This document shows positions 1-13,925 of a stretch of 64,000 nucleotides of DNA, in pieces (positions within the stretch are counted from its first letter, which is position 1; every line of letters begins with the position of its first letter). The notes under the pieces are model-generated. The model saw only the letters and a list, made by a program, of their open reading frames with translations, did no database searches and was not told the DNA's origin. This DNA comes from Mobula hypostoma. Lineage: Eukaryota. Both the position numbers and the translations under genes were made by a program. The stretch is from positions 97,652,001-97,716,000 of the forward strand of contig NC_086107.1 in assembly GCF_963921235.1 (NCBI RefSeq), in the 5' to 3' direction.

Positions 1-810
1 GTATGGTCATGCATTTTGATAGAATGAATAAAGGCATAGACTATTTTCTAAATTGAGAGAAAATTCAAAATTCAGAAGTGCAAAGGGACTTGGGATTCCT
101 TGTACAGGAATTCCCTAAAGGTTAACTTGCAGGTTGAGTCGGTGGTAAGGAAGGCAAATGCAATGTTAGCATTCATTTTGAGAGGAATAGAATACAAAAG
201 CAAGGATGTAATGCAGAACTTTATAACGCATTGGTCAGATTGCACTTGGAGTATTGTGAGCAGTTTTAGGCTCCTTACCTAAGAAAAGATGTGCTGGCTT
301 TGCAGAGGGTCCAGAGGAGATTCACAAGAATGACCCCAGGACTGGAAGTGTTAACATATGAGGGACCTTTGATGGCTCTGGGCCTGTACTCACTGGAGCT
401 TAGAAGAATGAGGAGGGGATCTGATTGAAACCATTGAATATCAAAAGGCCTAGATAGAGCGGATATGGAGAGGATGTTTCCTACACTGGGGGAGTCTAGC
501 ACCAGAGGGCACAGCCTCAGAATAGAGAGGCATCAATCTGAGCAGAGATGAGGAGGAGATTTTTAGCCAGAGGGTGGTGAAACTGTAGAATTCATTGCCA
601 AAGATGGCTGTGCAGGCCAAGTCATTGGATATATTTAAGAGAGAGGCTGATAGTTTCTTGATTAACCTAGGCATCAAAGGTTATGGAGAGAAGACAGGAG
701 AAAGGGGTTGAGGAGGATTTTAAACCAACTACGATGGAATGGTGGAGAGAATTCAATGGGCTGAATGTCCTAATACTGCTCCTATGTCTTGTGGTCTTAT
801 GGTCTAATGC
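1..810 (+). mobile_element. Decayed CR1-type LINE 3' end
   Basis: LQVESVVRKANAMLAFILRGIEYKS is CR1 ORF2 C-terminal sequence; CTTATGGT-type tail near 790-805. Confidence 0.85.
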
Positions 811-1814
811 AATGGACTCTCGACCTCACAATCTACCTCATTGTGACCTTGTACTTTATTGTCCATCTGCACTGCATTTCCTAACACATCATTCTGCACT
901 TTGTAATTGTTTTACCCTGTACTACCTCAAAGCACTGTTGTAATCTGATCTGTTTGAATGTTGTGCAAGACATGTTTTTAACCGTATGTCACCACATGTG
1001 ACCATAATATATCAATTTACTGATTTAATTATTCTTTGTCCCATCTAAGGAATGCCTTCTTAGTCATATTATCTACCTGGACTGCCTCTTTCATGGATCT
1101 TTGGACTTATACAGCAAGATCCTCCCATTCCTCGATGCTCCTGAAGATTCACGAGTAGTCCAGCCTCATTAGTAATCAGGATTCCTACAATCAGGATTAA
1201 ACTTCATAGAAGTTTTCCTGGCTCACTCAACTTCACCCACCCCATCGCTGAGCTGTTCCCACGATCTACAGACTCATTTTCAAGGACTCTTCATCTCATG
1301 TTCTCGATATTTATCGCTTATTTATTAATTATTATTATTTCTTTTTCTCTCTCGCCTTTTGTATTTGCACAGTTTGTTGTCTTTTGCACACTAGGTGTCT
1401 GCTCTATTGGGTGTGGTCTTTCATTGATTCTATTATGGTTGTTGGATTTATTGATATGCCCACAAGAAAACACATCTCAGGTCGTATATGGTGATTATAG
1501 TTAGTATTATTGATAATAAATTTACTTTGAACACCAATATATCAATAACTTCAGATGACCCTCCACACTGTCAACGACTCCTCCAATCTTCATGTATTCT
1601 GTGAACCTATAGTCTTGATGTGTGCTAGCAATATTGGAATCCAAGTGCAGAGGAAAGACAGACTCCAATATAGAGCCGGTGATGAGAGTTTATTCATAAT
1701 AATCCCAAAAGAACATCAGTGGCTCGGCCAAGAGATACGCGTAAATTAACATTCTCAAAACTAGGACCCTGAGATTAGTACTAATCAGGCGTCCACTTAG
1801 GTAGTACAAGTAAC

Positions 1815-3648
1815 ACAGATGAAGTGGAAATTCTGGACCAAACCTCAATCCATGAAGGATGCTCAACAATTGTGGCAGGGCTTGAATACCATCACCTGTT
1901 ATAAAGTTAAATCAAGCGACATGGGAGACAACAGGGCTTTGCTTCCAGATGAGCTCAATGCCTTCTCTGCTCGCTTTGACCATCAAAACACGGAGGAACC
2001 ATCACAAACTCCCACATTTCCTGATGATCCCCTGATTTCAGTCTCTGAGGCTGACGTGCGATCTGCCTTCAAGAGGGTGAACCCACGAAAAGCACCCAAC
2101 CCGAATGGAGTACCTGGACACATACTAAAGATCCATGCTGATCAACTGTCTGGTACGTTCACTGAGATCTTTAACTTTTCACTTTGGCAGCGTGTGGCAC
2201 TCACCTGCTTCAAGCAGGCTTCAATTATACCGGTGCCCAAGAAGAGAGAGGCGACCTGCCCCAATGGCAATCATCCAGTAGCACTTGTAGCCACAGTGAT
2301 GAAGTGTTTTGAAAGGTTAGTGTTGAAATGTATCAACTCCTGCCTGAGAAGCAACTTGGATCAGCTCTGATTTGCCTATAGGAGCAACAGATCCACAGGA
2401 GATGCCAGCTCATTGGCTCTGCACTCAACTCTGGAACATCTGGACAGCAAAGATGCAAGGATCAGGATGCTGTTTATTGACTATAGCTCAGCATCCAGTA
2501 TCATCATCCCTCCAAAATTAATCAATAATCTTCAAAACCTTGGTCTCAGTGCAATTGGATCCTCAGTTTCCTCCCTTGCAGACTGTTTGGATTGCCAACA
2601 ACATCTCCTCCACAATCTCCATCAGCACAGGTGTGTGTGCTTAGTCCCCTGCTCTTCTTGCTTTACAGTTAAGACTGTGTGGCTAAGCACAGCTCCAATG
2701 CCATATTCAAGTTGCTGACAACACCATTGTCGTTGGCCGAATCAAAGGTGGTGATGAATCAGCCTACAGGAGGGAGATTGAAAATCTGGTTGAGAGGTGC
2801 CACAACAACAACCTCTTAATGCCAGCAAGACCAAGTAGCTGATTATTGACTTCAGAAGAAGGAATTCAGAGGTCCGTGAGCCAGACCTCATCAGAGGTGG
2901 AGAGGGTTAGCAACTTTAAATTCCTCGGTGTTATTATTTCAGAGGACCTGATCTAGGCCCAGCATGTAAGTGCAATTACGAAGAAAGCACGGCAGTACCT
3001 CTACTTCCTTAGGAGTTAGCAGAGATTCAACATGACATGTATAACTTTGACAAACTTCTATAGATGCGTGGCGGAGAGTATATTGACTGGCTGCATCACA
3101 GCCTGGTATGGAAACACCAATACCCTCGAACAGAAAATCCTACAAAAAGTAGCGGATACGGCCCAGTCCATCACAGGTAAAGCCCTCTCCTCCGTTGAAC
3201 ACACCTACGTAAAGTGTTGTCGCAGGAAAGCAGCATTCACCATGGGGGACCCCCACCTCCCAGGTCATGCTCTCTTCTCACTGCTGTCATCAGGAAGAAG
3301 GTACAGGAACCTCAGGACTCACACCACCAGGTTCAGGAACATTTACCACCCCTCAGTCATCAAACTCCTGATAACTTTTCTTGCCCCATCATTGAAATGT
3401 TCCTACAACCAAAGGACACTTCATCTCAAGTTCTCAATATTTATTTATTTATTTATTATTTCCTTCTGTACTTGAATAGTTTGTTGTCTTCTGCATGCTG
3501 GATGAACAACCAATTTGGGTGGTTTTTCACTGATTCCGTTATAGTTACTATTCTATAGATTTAATGAGTATGCCCACAAGAAAATAACTCTCGGGATTGT
3601 ATATGGTGACATATATGTACTTCGATAATAAATTTACTTTGAACTTTG
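1815..3648 (+). mobile_element. Decayed Rex1/Babar-like LINE (RT region to 3' tail)
   Basis: Frameshifted RT pieces KAPNPNGVPG...IIPVPKK, RMLFIDYSSA and FYRCVAESILTGCITAWYG; tail AATAAATTTACTTTGAACTTTGA. Confidence 0.8.
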
Positions 3649-5816
3649 AAGAGTAAACAGTATCACACCACAAGCTGAAAATTGGAAGATAAAGTTTATT
3701 TTGGAAAGTGTGAGGTATTGGACTTTGGAGGACAAATGTAAGAGGAAAGCATACATTAAATGGCAGCACATCTTCAAGAGACATCATCCATCATTGAAGA
3801 CCCTCACCATCCAGGACTTGCCCTCTTCTCTTCACTGCCATCAAGGTGGAGGTACAGGAACCTAAAGACCCACACCCAATGTTTTAGGAACAGCTTCTTC
3901 CCATCTGCCATCAGACTTTTGAATGGACATTGAACCCATGTACACTTCTTCAGTAATATTTTTAGTTTTCTTTTTTACACTAGCCATTTAATTCCTTTTA
4001 AATTTTTGGTATTTTCCCATCAAAAAAAAGTCACAAATTTCTACAGATGTACCATGGAGAGCATTCTAACATCAATGTCTCGTATGGAGGGGCCACTGCA
4101 CAGGATCGGGAAAAGAACTGCAGAAACTTGCAAACAGTCGCCACTAGCCTCCCCAGCACTGAGGACCTCTTCAAAAGGTGATACCTCAAGAAGGTGGCAT
4201 CCATCATTAAGGATCTCCATCACCCAGGGCATGCCCTCTTCTCATTGTTGCCATCAGGAGCTCAAAGACGCACACTGAACATTTTAGGTAGGTTTTCTTT
4301 CTTTGCGCCATCAGATTTCTGAATGGCCCATGAACCCAATAACAGTTTCTCACTAGTCCTCTCTTGAACTATTTATTTATTTTGTAAGTTATGGTAATTT
4401 TTATGACTTGTACTGTCTGCTGCCAAAACACACTTATGACATATGTCAGTGGATAGTAAACCTGATTCTGACCCTGAGGAACACTGATAAACAGAGGGAT
4501 CTTGGGTACAAGTCTATAACTCCCTAAAGGTGGCAACAGAAGGAGACGGGGTGGAAAAGAAGGTATGTGGCATACTTGCCTTCATTGGTATAAAAGCTGG
4601 GAAGTCACATTGCAACTGTATAAAACTTAGGTTAAGTCACATTTGGAGCGCTGTGTAAAGTCCTGGTCACCACATGTGAAGGTTTTGGAGAGGGGTTCAG
4701 AAGAGGTTTATCAGGATGTCACCCGGATTAGAAAGTATAAACTAAAAGTAGTTGGACAAACTTCAATTCTTTTGTCTGGAGTGTTTGAGGCAGGTACAAA
4801 GTGGCATTCAAGACACGTAAATGGGCAGGGAATGGATGGGTGTAAACTACATGTAGGCAAATGGGATTAATTTAATATGGCATCTTGGTCCACTCCTATG
4901 TGTGTGACTATCTCCCTAGTGCAGTATGTCACTACCATGTGCACAGGTCGGAGCTCATCTTGAACTTCTTTGTCACTCATGCGCTGGGCCCTCGGTCTCC
5001 GTGGAAGCATGCACCACCTTCCGAACATCGTTCACAATCCATCTTGGGTATCCAACGACCAGTTCTCCCCAGTGTCTTCTCTCTTCATCTCCCATCGAAC
5101 CAAAGCCCCAAGACCAACCTTAGTGTCCCTCACCAAAAAAAACCTCCCCCCACTTCCACCATCCTGATTGGATTGCACACATTCCTCAGCATCCCTCATC
5201 TTCAACAATAACCCAAACAGGCTGAAAGCAGAACCGACTGCTCGTACAGAACTGCTAAATGAAATATCTACAGCATAACAGTAAAGCCGTGAACCAGGGC
5301 ATTACATATATTATGTTTCTTTAGAGATACTAAATTTCCAGACGCACTGGGCAATGAAGCCACACTATGTCTCCACTGCTTCGGTTGTCAGGTTGCCTGG
5401 AGATCTGATTGAGCACTTACTGGGTAATCATCGAGTCTTTCGATATTGGTTTCTGGCACCATCACTGTTAAAGGATCAAGGTGATTCCTGGCCTTGGGTT
5501 AGTTGGTGGTCAGCCCAGCAAGCATCAGCGCTTGTCTTGGGCAGCGTTCCTTGCAATTCCGCGCCTGATAGCTGACAGAAGCCAACATTATTGGTCAGTG
5601 GTGGAACACCTCGGGCAGGGAGAACAACCTTAACCACGCTCATCTCTCTGGTGAAACTGGGCATTGCTTGTGTCGAGACTCTGTTCCAATGATCTTATCA
5701 GTAAAAGATCACTGGTATTGGTTTATTGTTATCACATTTACCGAGATACAGTGAAAAGCTTCTGGTTTCTATGCCATTCTTTTCCCATTCCTTCATTTTG
5801 CCAGTCCTACCTGTCC

Positions 5817-8466
5817 AATAGAAAGCATAGAAAAACTACAGCACAGAAACAGGCCTTTTGGCCCTTCTTGGCTGTGCTGAACTATTTTCTGCCTAGTCCC
5901 ACTGACCTGCACACGGACCATATCCCTCCATACACCTCTCATCCATGTATCTGTCCAATTTATTCTTAAATCTTAAAAAAGAACCCGCATTTACCACCTC
6001 GTCTGGCAGCTCATTCCATACTCCCACCACTCTCTGTGTGAAGAACCCCCCCTAATGTTCCCTTTAAACTTTTCCCCCCTCACCCTTAACCCATGTCCTC
6101 TGTTTTTTTTCTCCCCTTGCCTTGGTGGAAAAAGCCTGCTTGCATTCACTCTATCTATACCCATCATAATTTTATATACCTCTGTCAAATCTCCCCTCAT
6201 TCTTCTACGCTCTAGGGAATAAAGTCCTAACCTATTCAACCTTTCTCTGTAACTGAGTTTCTCAAGTCCCAGCAACATCCTTGTAAACCTTCTCTGCACT
6301 CTTTCAACCTTATTAATATCCTTCCTGTAATTTGGTGACCAAAACTGAACCCAATACTCCAGATTCGGCCTCACCAATGCCTTATACAACCTCATCATAA
6401 CATTCCAGCTCTTATACTCAATACTTTGATTAATAAAGGCCAATGTACCAAAAGCTCTCTTTACGACCCTATCTACCTGTGACACCACTTTTAGGGAATC
6501 TTGTATCTGTACTCCCAGATCCCTCCTCAGTGCCTTACCATTTACCCTGTATGTTCTACCTTGGTTTGTCCTTCCAAAGTGCAATACCTCACACTTGTCT
6601 GTATTAAACTCCATCTGCCATTTTTCAGCCCATTTTTCCAGCTGGTCCAAGTCCCTCTGCAGGCTCTGAAAACCTTCCTCACTATCCACTACACCTCCAA
6701 TCTTTGTATCATCAGCAAACTTGCTGATCCAGTTTACCACATTATCATCCAGATCATTGATATAGATGACAAATAACAATGGACCCAGCACTGATCCCTG
6801 TGGCACACCACTAGTCACAGGCCTCCACTCTGAGAAGCAATTCTCTACCACCACTCTTTGGCTTCTTCCATTGAGCCAATGTCTAATCCAATTTACCACC
6901 TCTCCATGTATAGCTAGCGACTGAATTTTCCTAACTAACCTCCCATGCGGGACCTTGTCAAAGGCCTTACTGAAGTCCATGTAGACAACATCCACTGCCT
7001 TCCCTTCATCCACTTTCCTGGTAACCTTCTCAAAAAACTCCAATAGATTGGTCAAACATGACCTACCACGCACAAAGCCATGTTGACTGTCCCTAACAAG
7101 TCCCTGTCTATCCAAATGCTTGTAGATTCTGACTCTTAGTACTCCCTCCAACAACTTACCCACTACCGACGTCAAACTTACCGGCCTATAATTTCCCGGA
7201 TTACTTTTCGATCCTTTTTTAAACAACGGAACAACATGAGCTACTCCCCAATCCTCCAGCACCTCACCCGTAGACACCGACATTTTAAATATATCTGCCA
7301 GAGCCCTTGCAATTTCAACACTAGTCTCCTTCAAGGTCCGATGGAATACCCTGTCAGGTCCTGGGGATTTATCCCACTTTAATTTGCCTCAAGATAGCAA
7401 GCACCTCCTCCTTTTCAATCTGTACAGTTTCCATGATCTCACTACTTGTCTCCCTTAATTCCATAGACTTCATGCCAGTTTCCTTAGTAAATACAGACAC
7501 AAAAAAACCATTTAAGATCTCCCCCATTTCTTTTGGTTCCGCACATAGCCGACCACTCTGATCTTCAAGAGGACCAACTTTATCCCTCACAATCCTTTTA
7601 CTCTTAACATACCTGTAAAAGCTCTTTGGATTATCCTTCACTTTGACTGCCAAGGCAACCTCATGTCTTCTTTTAGCCCTCCTGATTTCTTTCTTAAATA
7701 TTTTCTTGCACTTTTTATACTCCTCAAGGAGCTTATTTACTCCCTGTTTCCTATACATGTCATACAACTCTCTCTTCTTCTTTTTCAGAGTTGCAATATC
7801 CCTTGAGAACCAAGGTTCCTTATTCCTATTCACTTTGCCTTTAATCCTGACAGGAACATACAAGCTCTGCACTCTCAAAATTTCTCCTTTGAAGGCTTCC
7901 CACTTACCGATCACATCCTTGCCAGAGAACAACCTGTCCCAATCCATGCTTTTTAGATCCTTTCTCATTTCTTCAAATTTGGCCTTCTTCCAGTTCAGAA
8001 CCTCAATCCTAGGACCAGATCTATCCTTGTCCATGATCAAGTTGAAACTAATGGTGTTATGATCACTGGAACCAAAGTGCTCCCCTACACATACTTCTGT
8101 CACTTGTCCTAACTAGTTTCCTAACAGGAGATCCAATATTGCATCCCCTCTAGTTGGTACCTCTATATATTGATTTAGAAAACTTTCCTGAACACGTTTT
8201 ACAAACTCTAAACCATCTAGACCCCTAACAGTATGGGAGTCCCAATCTATATATGGAAAATTAAAATCCCCTACCACCACAACTTTATGTTTCCTGCAGT
8301 TGCCTGCTATCTCTCTGCAGATTTGCTCTTCTAATTCTCGCTGACTATTGGGTGGTCTATAATACAACCCCACTAATGTGGCTATACCTTTCCTGTTTCT
8401 CAGCTCCACCCATAAGGACTCAGTAGACAAGCCCTCTAATCTGTCCTGCCTGAGCACTGCTGTAAC
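5817..8466 (-). mobile_element. CR1 LINE, 5'-truncated, APE endonuclease + RT ORF2 with frameshifts/stops
   Basis: ORFs 8113-8508 (GLYYRPP, GDFN), 7369-8103 (SDH) and 5991-7334 (QHGF, GVPQGSVLGP, FADD). Confidence 0.93.
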
Positions 8467-9024
8467 AGTGGCTGACAGCCTTTCCAATTCAGGTGTTGAA
8501 GCTGCCAAGGAGAATCAATTGGTTTCCATTGGTCAAAGACTGTGCAAAGTGAGAGATGAATTTTTCATTCGAGTGTGTTGGTGCATCGAGTGCCTGGTTG
8601 AGTCATGAGATGTTCACTTTCCCTAAGGGGGGTGCCACTGTGGCAGCAGGCACTGATGATGCATCCAACTACAAGGACCCCATTCTATCTCCAGGAGAAG
8701 GTGACCATCACCTTGTTCTTTCAGCTGGCTTTTGCCCATCAAACTAATCCCATCATCCCACTGCCTGGGTTGACCAGGTACGTGCCCATGTACACAGACA
8801 GAAGTGCAATCAGCACCAGACAGAAAAATGCAGATAGAGAGCCGAGAGTGATTTTAATTAATTTTCACAAAACACCCTCCTCAGAAAACCTCCAGACTTC
8901 TCTCCTTGGACATTGGAGATGAAGCCTAAGGTGTGCACTTTCTCTGTGTTCTTTTCGAGCCCTGTGACAAAGGTTTTCCAAGGGGGTGCCAGTTGGAGAC
9001 GATGGGACAGCATCATCTCAGAGT

Positions 9025-9284
9025 TCAGTTCAACAGGAGGTACTGCCTGCAGAGGTGGGCCACCAGAACAGCCAGTGGCAGGGCCCTACTGGGTCTCGGG
9101 ACCCAGCCTGCATTCGAATCCTGCATGCAGCTGCAGCCCTCGGCCCTGGGGTCTTTAGGTGCAGGAGGTTCTTCTGGGAAGTCACAGTGCATCCAGTCAC
9201 GATGTGTCGAACCCTTAGATTCTGCCTCAATTTCACCAGCTTTCATCCTCCAGTAGGTCTGCCCTTTGAAGAAGTATGTTGTAC
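9025..9284 (-). CDS. mmp25: MMP25-like exon 10 (last hemopexin blade, Cys stem, putative GPI signal, stop)
   Basis: Acceptor CCCCCTCAG. Encodes (G)TTYFFKGQTYWRMK...DWMHC...EGCSCMQDSNAGWVPRPSRALPLAVLVAHLCRQYLLLN; TGA at 9025-9027. Confidence 0.92.
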
Positions 9285-10533
9285 CTGAGGGGGAGAAATT
9301 AAAGATTAAAGATTGCCTAAATTTGTTGTAGATATTGTACGTTGAAACACAAAATATACAATGAAATGTGTTATTTGTGTAAACAAGCAACACAGTCCAA
9401 ATATGCGCTGAGGGCAGCCTGCAAGTATTGCCATGTTTCTGGCACCAATATAGCGTGCCCACAACTTACTAACCCTAACCCGCACATTTTTGGAATGTGG
9501 GAGGAAACCAGAGCACCCAGAGGAAACCCACACAGTCACAGGGAGATGATCACCCATAGCGCTAGTGGCCTAGGCCCAGAGCCTTTTGCAGCAGCAGTGC
9601 CTGGTTCCTAGTGCGAGGTATGGTACGCTGTTTAGGCAATTTAAACGTTAGCCCAAATCGGAGGCGAGAGTTGACTTCCCTCGCTCTCCGTGATATTCTT
9701 TCCTCTATCCAGGGCGCTGGAGCCTTTCGTTGTTCCGTTGTTTGGTCAATTTAAACACCGGCCCAGACAGACTGAAAAGACAGGGTTTTGGGATCCAGGG
9801 TGGCGGGGGTGCAGGATGGTGGGAGAGCTGATTTCAGTCATTATCTGCAATGGTTACTCCTCTCTCCTCAACAGCACTGAGACTATGAAGACTCCCCCAG
9901 CTGCTGTGCTCCATGCCCGCTAATATGATGAACTGATAACTCAGGCTTTGGGCCTACGCTGGGCAGCTCCGGGGTTCGGATCTGAGGGCTCAATTTCGGT
10001 TCAGATTGTTGCTGTTCATTTCAATTGTTTGCATGATTTGTGTTTTTTTTTTCTTGCACATCGAGAGTTGGTCTTTTATTATTATTGTTTCTTTAACTGG
10101 TTTCTTTCAGGCTTCTTGCTTTGTGGCGACCTGTGAGCAAACAAACCTCAAGGTTGCATAAATTCTACATTCTCAGATAATAAACGTACTTTGAACTTTG
10201 AACTTTAACAGCATTACACTAACTGTTACCATGCAGCCTATTTGGCCTAATGCTCAGGGAGGGGAACTGCAGAACTCTGGAGGTACAGGCGAACTTAAAT
10301 GTGGATAAGTCCACAGGGCCTGTATATCCCAATCTGCTGTGGGAAACAGGGATTGCTTAGACTGAGAAAAGTGTTCAAAACTTCTATGGGCACAGATGAG
10401 ATGCCAGGTGATGGAAGGTTGGCACGTATTCCATCTTTTGTTCAAGAAGGGCAGCAAGGGTAAGTCAATTTATTCCATCTAATGGCAGTGGTGGGTCGGG
10501 GGGTGGGGTGGTGGCAGTTTTTGATAAAAGTCA

Positions 10534-10785
10534 TAGTAGCGTAATGGTTAGCCCAACGCTTTACAGAACCGGCGACTGGGGTTCAATTCCCGCTGCTGTC
10601 TGTAAGGAGTTTGTACGTTCTCCCCATGACTGCGCGGGATTCCCCCCACAGTCCAAAGATGGACCAGTTGGTAGGCTAATTGGTCATTGTAAATTGTCCT
10701 GTGATTAAATCAGGGGGTGTGCTGGGCAGTGCGGCTCGGAGGTCTGTAAGGGCCTATTCCGTGCTGAATCTCAATAAGATAAAAG
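10534..10785 (+). mobile_element. tRNA-derived SINE (HE1/V-SINE-like)
   Basis: A box TAGCGTAATGG and B box GGTTCAATTCC; body recurs at about 51620-51848, 52130-52270, 53310-53460 and 9380-9545 (minus). Confidence 0.7.
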
Positions 10786-11336
10786 GTTGAAGCGGAGGAC
10801 GAATGTATATAGAAGGGCTGGGATTGTTCAGGGAGGATTAACATGTTTTATTAAGGGGAGGTGACGAACTGTGTGCTGATGAGGGAAGTGTAGCTGACGA
10901 TAGTCTCTATAGTCTTCACTAAGGCCTTTGACAAGGTCCTGCTTTCAGGGCTATTCCAGAAGGTAACACAGGAATTCAGGGCAAGGTGGAAAATGGGATT
11001 GGAAATTGGCTTGGAGATGGGAGGCGGAGAGTGACATTGAAGGGCCACTTTCACAATGAAGTCAGTGACGGGGGATAAGATATGACGAACTGATACCAAG
11101 GCTTCGGGCCTATTCCGGGCTGCTCCGGGATTTGGATCTAAGGACTCATTTTGGTTGGGAATGTCAGTACTCACTTCAATTGTTTGCATGATTTGTGTTT
11201 GATAATAAACATACTTTGAGACTTTTGGGGATGCTTTTGCGCTTGGAAGCCTGGAAGGGGTGGTGGAATCGGTGTTGGAGCCTTGCCAAGTGCCGACTGT
11301 TATAATCATAAGCAAGCTGGATGTGAGGAGATGCTT

Positions 11337-11340
<4 letters not shown>

Positions 11341-11372
<32 letters not shown>
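11341..11372. repeat. (AC)n microsatellite
   Basis: About 16 perfect AC units. Confidence 0.95.
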
Positions 11373-11374
<2 letters not shown>

Positions 11375-11444
11375 GTGCGCGAACACTTGTGTACCCACTG
11401 ACGTACAGGTTAAGTGACACCAAGACGACCACTCACGTACTGAC

Positions 11445-11702
11445 CATTAGAGAAGCCCATGATGTCATCCAGCTGAGAAGGCACACCTTTCCAAAGACTC
11501 GTTTTCTTGGGGTAACCCACGTCCATTCTTTGCTGCTGGTCATCAAATCTCCAGAACATGTCGTCTTTGAAGAAGTAGGTTTTGCCGTTGTGGGCCCAGA
11601 CAAAGACCGCATCCACGCTGTCTACTGGCAGGCCAAAGTCCCTAATGGACCGTGGATAGCCACGCTCCACCTGTGTGTTGGTGAAGACCCAATACTGAGA
11701 CC
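11445..11702 (-). CDS. mmp25: MMP25-like exon 9 (hemopexin)
   Basis: Acceptor CCTCTCCCAG, donor G|GTCAGT; 258 nt, phase 1 to 1. Encodes (G)SQYWVFTNTQVERGYPRSIRDFGLP...NGKTYFFKDDMFWRFDD...WKGVPSQLDDIMGFSN. Confidence 0.93.
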
Positions 11703-13029
11703 CTGGGAGAGGACAGAGAATGGAGTTAGCAATGGATCACTTGTTCCTCAGGTGGTCATAGTCTGCGGGACAGTTCTTACCTCTATTGTTCAGTCTAGGT
11801 CAACCAACCCAACATTCCCAACTGGTTGCATGACGGTCTGGCATGGAAACACCAAAACCCTAATGGAAAGGCCTACAAAAAGTGATGGATACAGCCCAGT
11901 CCATCACAGGAAAAGCCCTCCCCACCGCTGGGCACATCTACAAGGAGCACTGTCACAAGAAAGCTGCATCCATCATCAGGGACCCCTATCATCCAGGCCA
12001 TGCTCTCCTCTCGCCACGACCACTCGGGCAGGAGCTACCTTAGATCCCACACCACCAGATTCAGGAACAATTATTATCCTTCAACCATCAGGCTGCGTGA
12101 ATAACTTCACTCATCTCAACACTGAACTGATTCCACAACCTATGGACTCACTGTCAAGAGCTCTACAACTCAATATTATTTACTTTATTCATTATATGCA
12201 CAGTTTGTCTTTTTTTGCTCATGGAGCATTTGTCAGCCTTTGTTATCTATCGTTCTCATAAATGCTGTTGTATTTTGTTATTTTCCTGTAAATGCCTACA
12301 AAAAGCAAACCTGGTGACATATACAGGTATGTACTCTGATAATAAATTGACTTTGAACTCTGAATTTGGATGGAATTCTGACTTGGAGCCGTTCATAGAT
12401 AATCCTGCAGATGGTGACCTTACACCATTGGCTCCTTATTCAAGCACGTACACCAAATGTTGAATCCTGTGGCTTCTCCATATTGAGCAGACTACGACAC
12501 AGGGGGTAATACTAACCCACTTTATGATGGTCTAAATTCCAGCCCATGTTCCCTAATGGTGGATGAGCTACTAGGGAAATCTGCAACCTTCCCTGCCCTC
12601 TCACCTATGCCATGCACTTTGTCTCAAGGTTTCCTCCCCGTTAAGTGGTCACACCAGACAACATCAGCTAACTCAGGGGCCGGGACATTACTATGCACAG
12701 CCTTGGTAGAGTAGCCAACGTAATCAAAGACCCCACCCACCCCAGATATTCTCTCTTCACCCTCACCCAGTTGGGTAGAAGGTACAAAAGCATGTACCAC
12801 CAATCTCAAGGAAGCTTGAGTTGTGAGACTATTCAATGGTTCCCTATTATGATAAGACCGATTCTTGCCCTCACAATCTACCTCTTTATGGCCTAGTACC
12901 TTATTGTCTACCTGATTCCTCACTGATGTCACTGACTAAAGTGTCACAGGAGATAGAACCATCAAGACAGCAGGCGCAGCTGTCAAAGGCCTCTGTACTT
13001 GGGTGATATCTCCCCGTCTCCTGCACTCG

Positions 13030-13452
13030 CTGGAATTTAGAAGGATGAGTTGGGGTGGGGGGCGGATCTCATTGAAACCTCGTGACTGATGAAAGGCCTA
13101 GACAGAGTAAATGTGGAAAGGATGTTTCCCTTGATTGGGGAGTCTAAGACAAGAGGGCACAGCCTCAGGATAGAGGGGCATCCATTTAAAACAGAGACGC
13201 GGAGAAATTTCTTTAGCCAGAGAGTGGTGAATTTGTGGAATTTATTGCCACAGGCAACTGCGGAGGCCAGGTCGTTGGGTATACTTAAGGCAGAGCTTGA
13301 TAGGTTCTTGATTGGACACGGCATCAAAGGTTACAGAGAGAAGGCCGGGTAGTGGGGCTGAGGAGGGGAAAAGAGGATCAGCCATGATTGAATGATGGAG
13401 CAGACTCAATGGGCCAAATGGCCTAATTCTACTCCTTGGTCTTATGGTCTTA
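13030..13452 (+). mobile_element. CR1 3' fragment
   Basis: MKGLDRV...TRGHSL...RNFFSQRVVNLWN followed by a CTTATGGT tail. Confidence 0.85.
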
Positions 13453-13925
13453 TAGTCTCCGTCTCCATCCCCTGATGGTGAGAGAGAGTTTGTTGATTCT
13501 CGAGTCGGGGGAACTCAAATAAGCAACGCTGTAACATCGAAACGGTGAGCTGCTGGCCTCCCCTGTCGCTGTGGCAGGAGTGATATCTCTCCCTCCCTCA
13601 TTAGTGAGAGAGAGAGAGAGAGAGAGAGCCTGTTGAGATGTCAAAGTGTTGGGATGGACAGTAGTTTTCGATAGACTTGAGATCATGGTGCCTGGGGGCC
13701 TGCTGTTGCTTACATGATGGGTGATGGGGGCTGATGCTCCTGCTGGAGTAAGTGGGGGGAGAGTTGATGCTTTCGCTGCTGCTTGTAGGGGGGGAGGTGG
13801 GGCTTTGGAGTGCTATGCTTTCCTGTTATTCATTTTTCGGGGATTCTTTTTCCTCTCTGTTTCGTGGATGTCTGCAAAACCGGGCGGTGTACTGTATGCA
13901 TTCTTGGTTCTTGATCCTCCAAAAT

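Noticed and set aside
10534..10600. tRNA gene
   Set aside because: The A/B boxes belong to a SINE head; there is no full cloverleaf and the SINE body follows. The same applies near 46850.
11260..12261. 333-aa plus-strand ORF
   Set aside because: It is antisense to exon 9, runs through an (AC)n tract and a LINE fragment, and shows no coherent domain.
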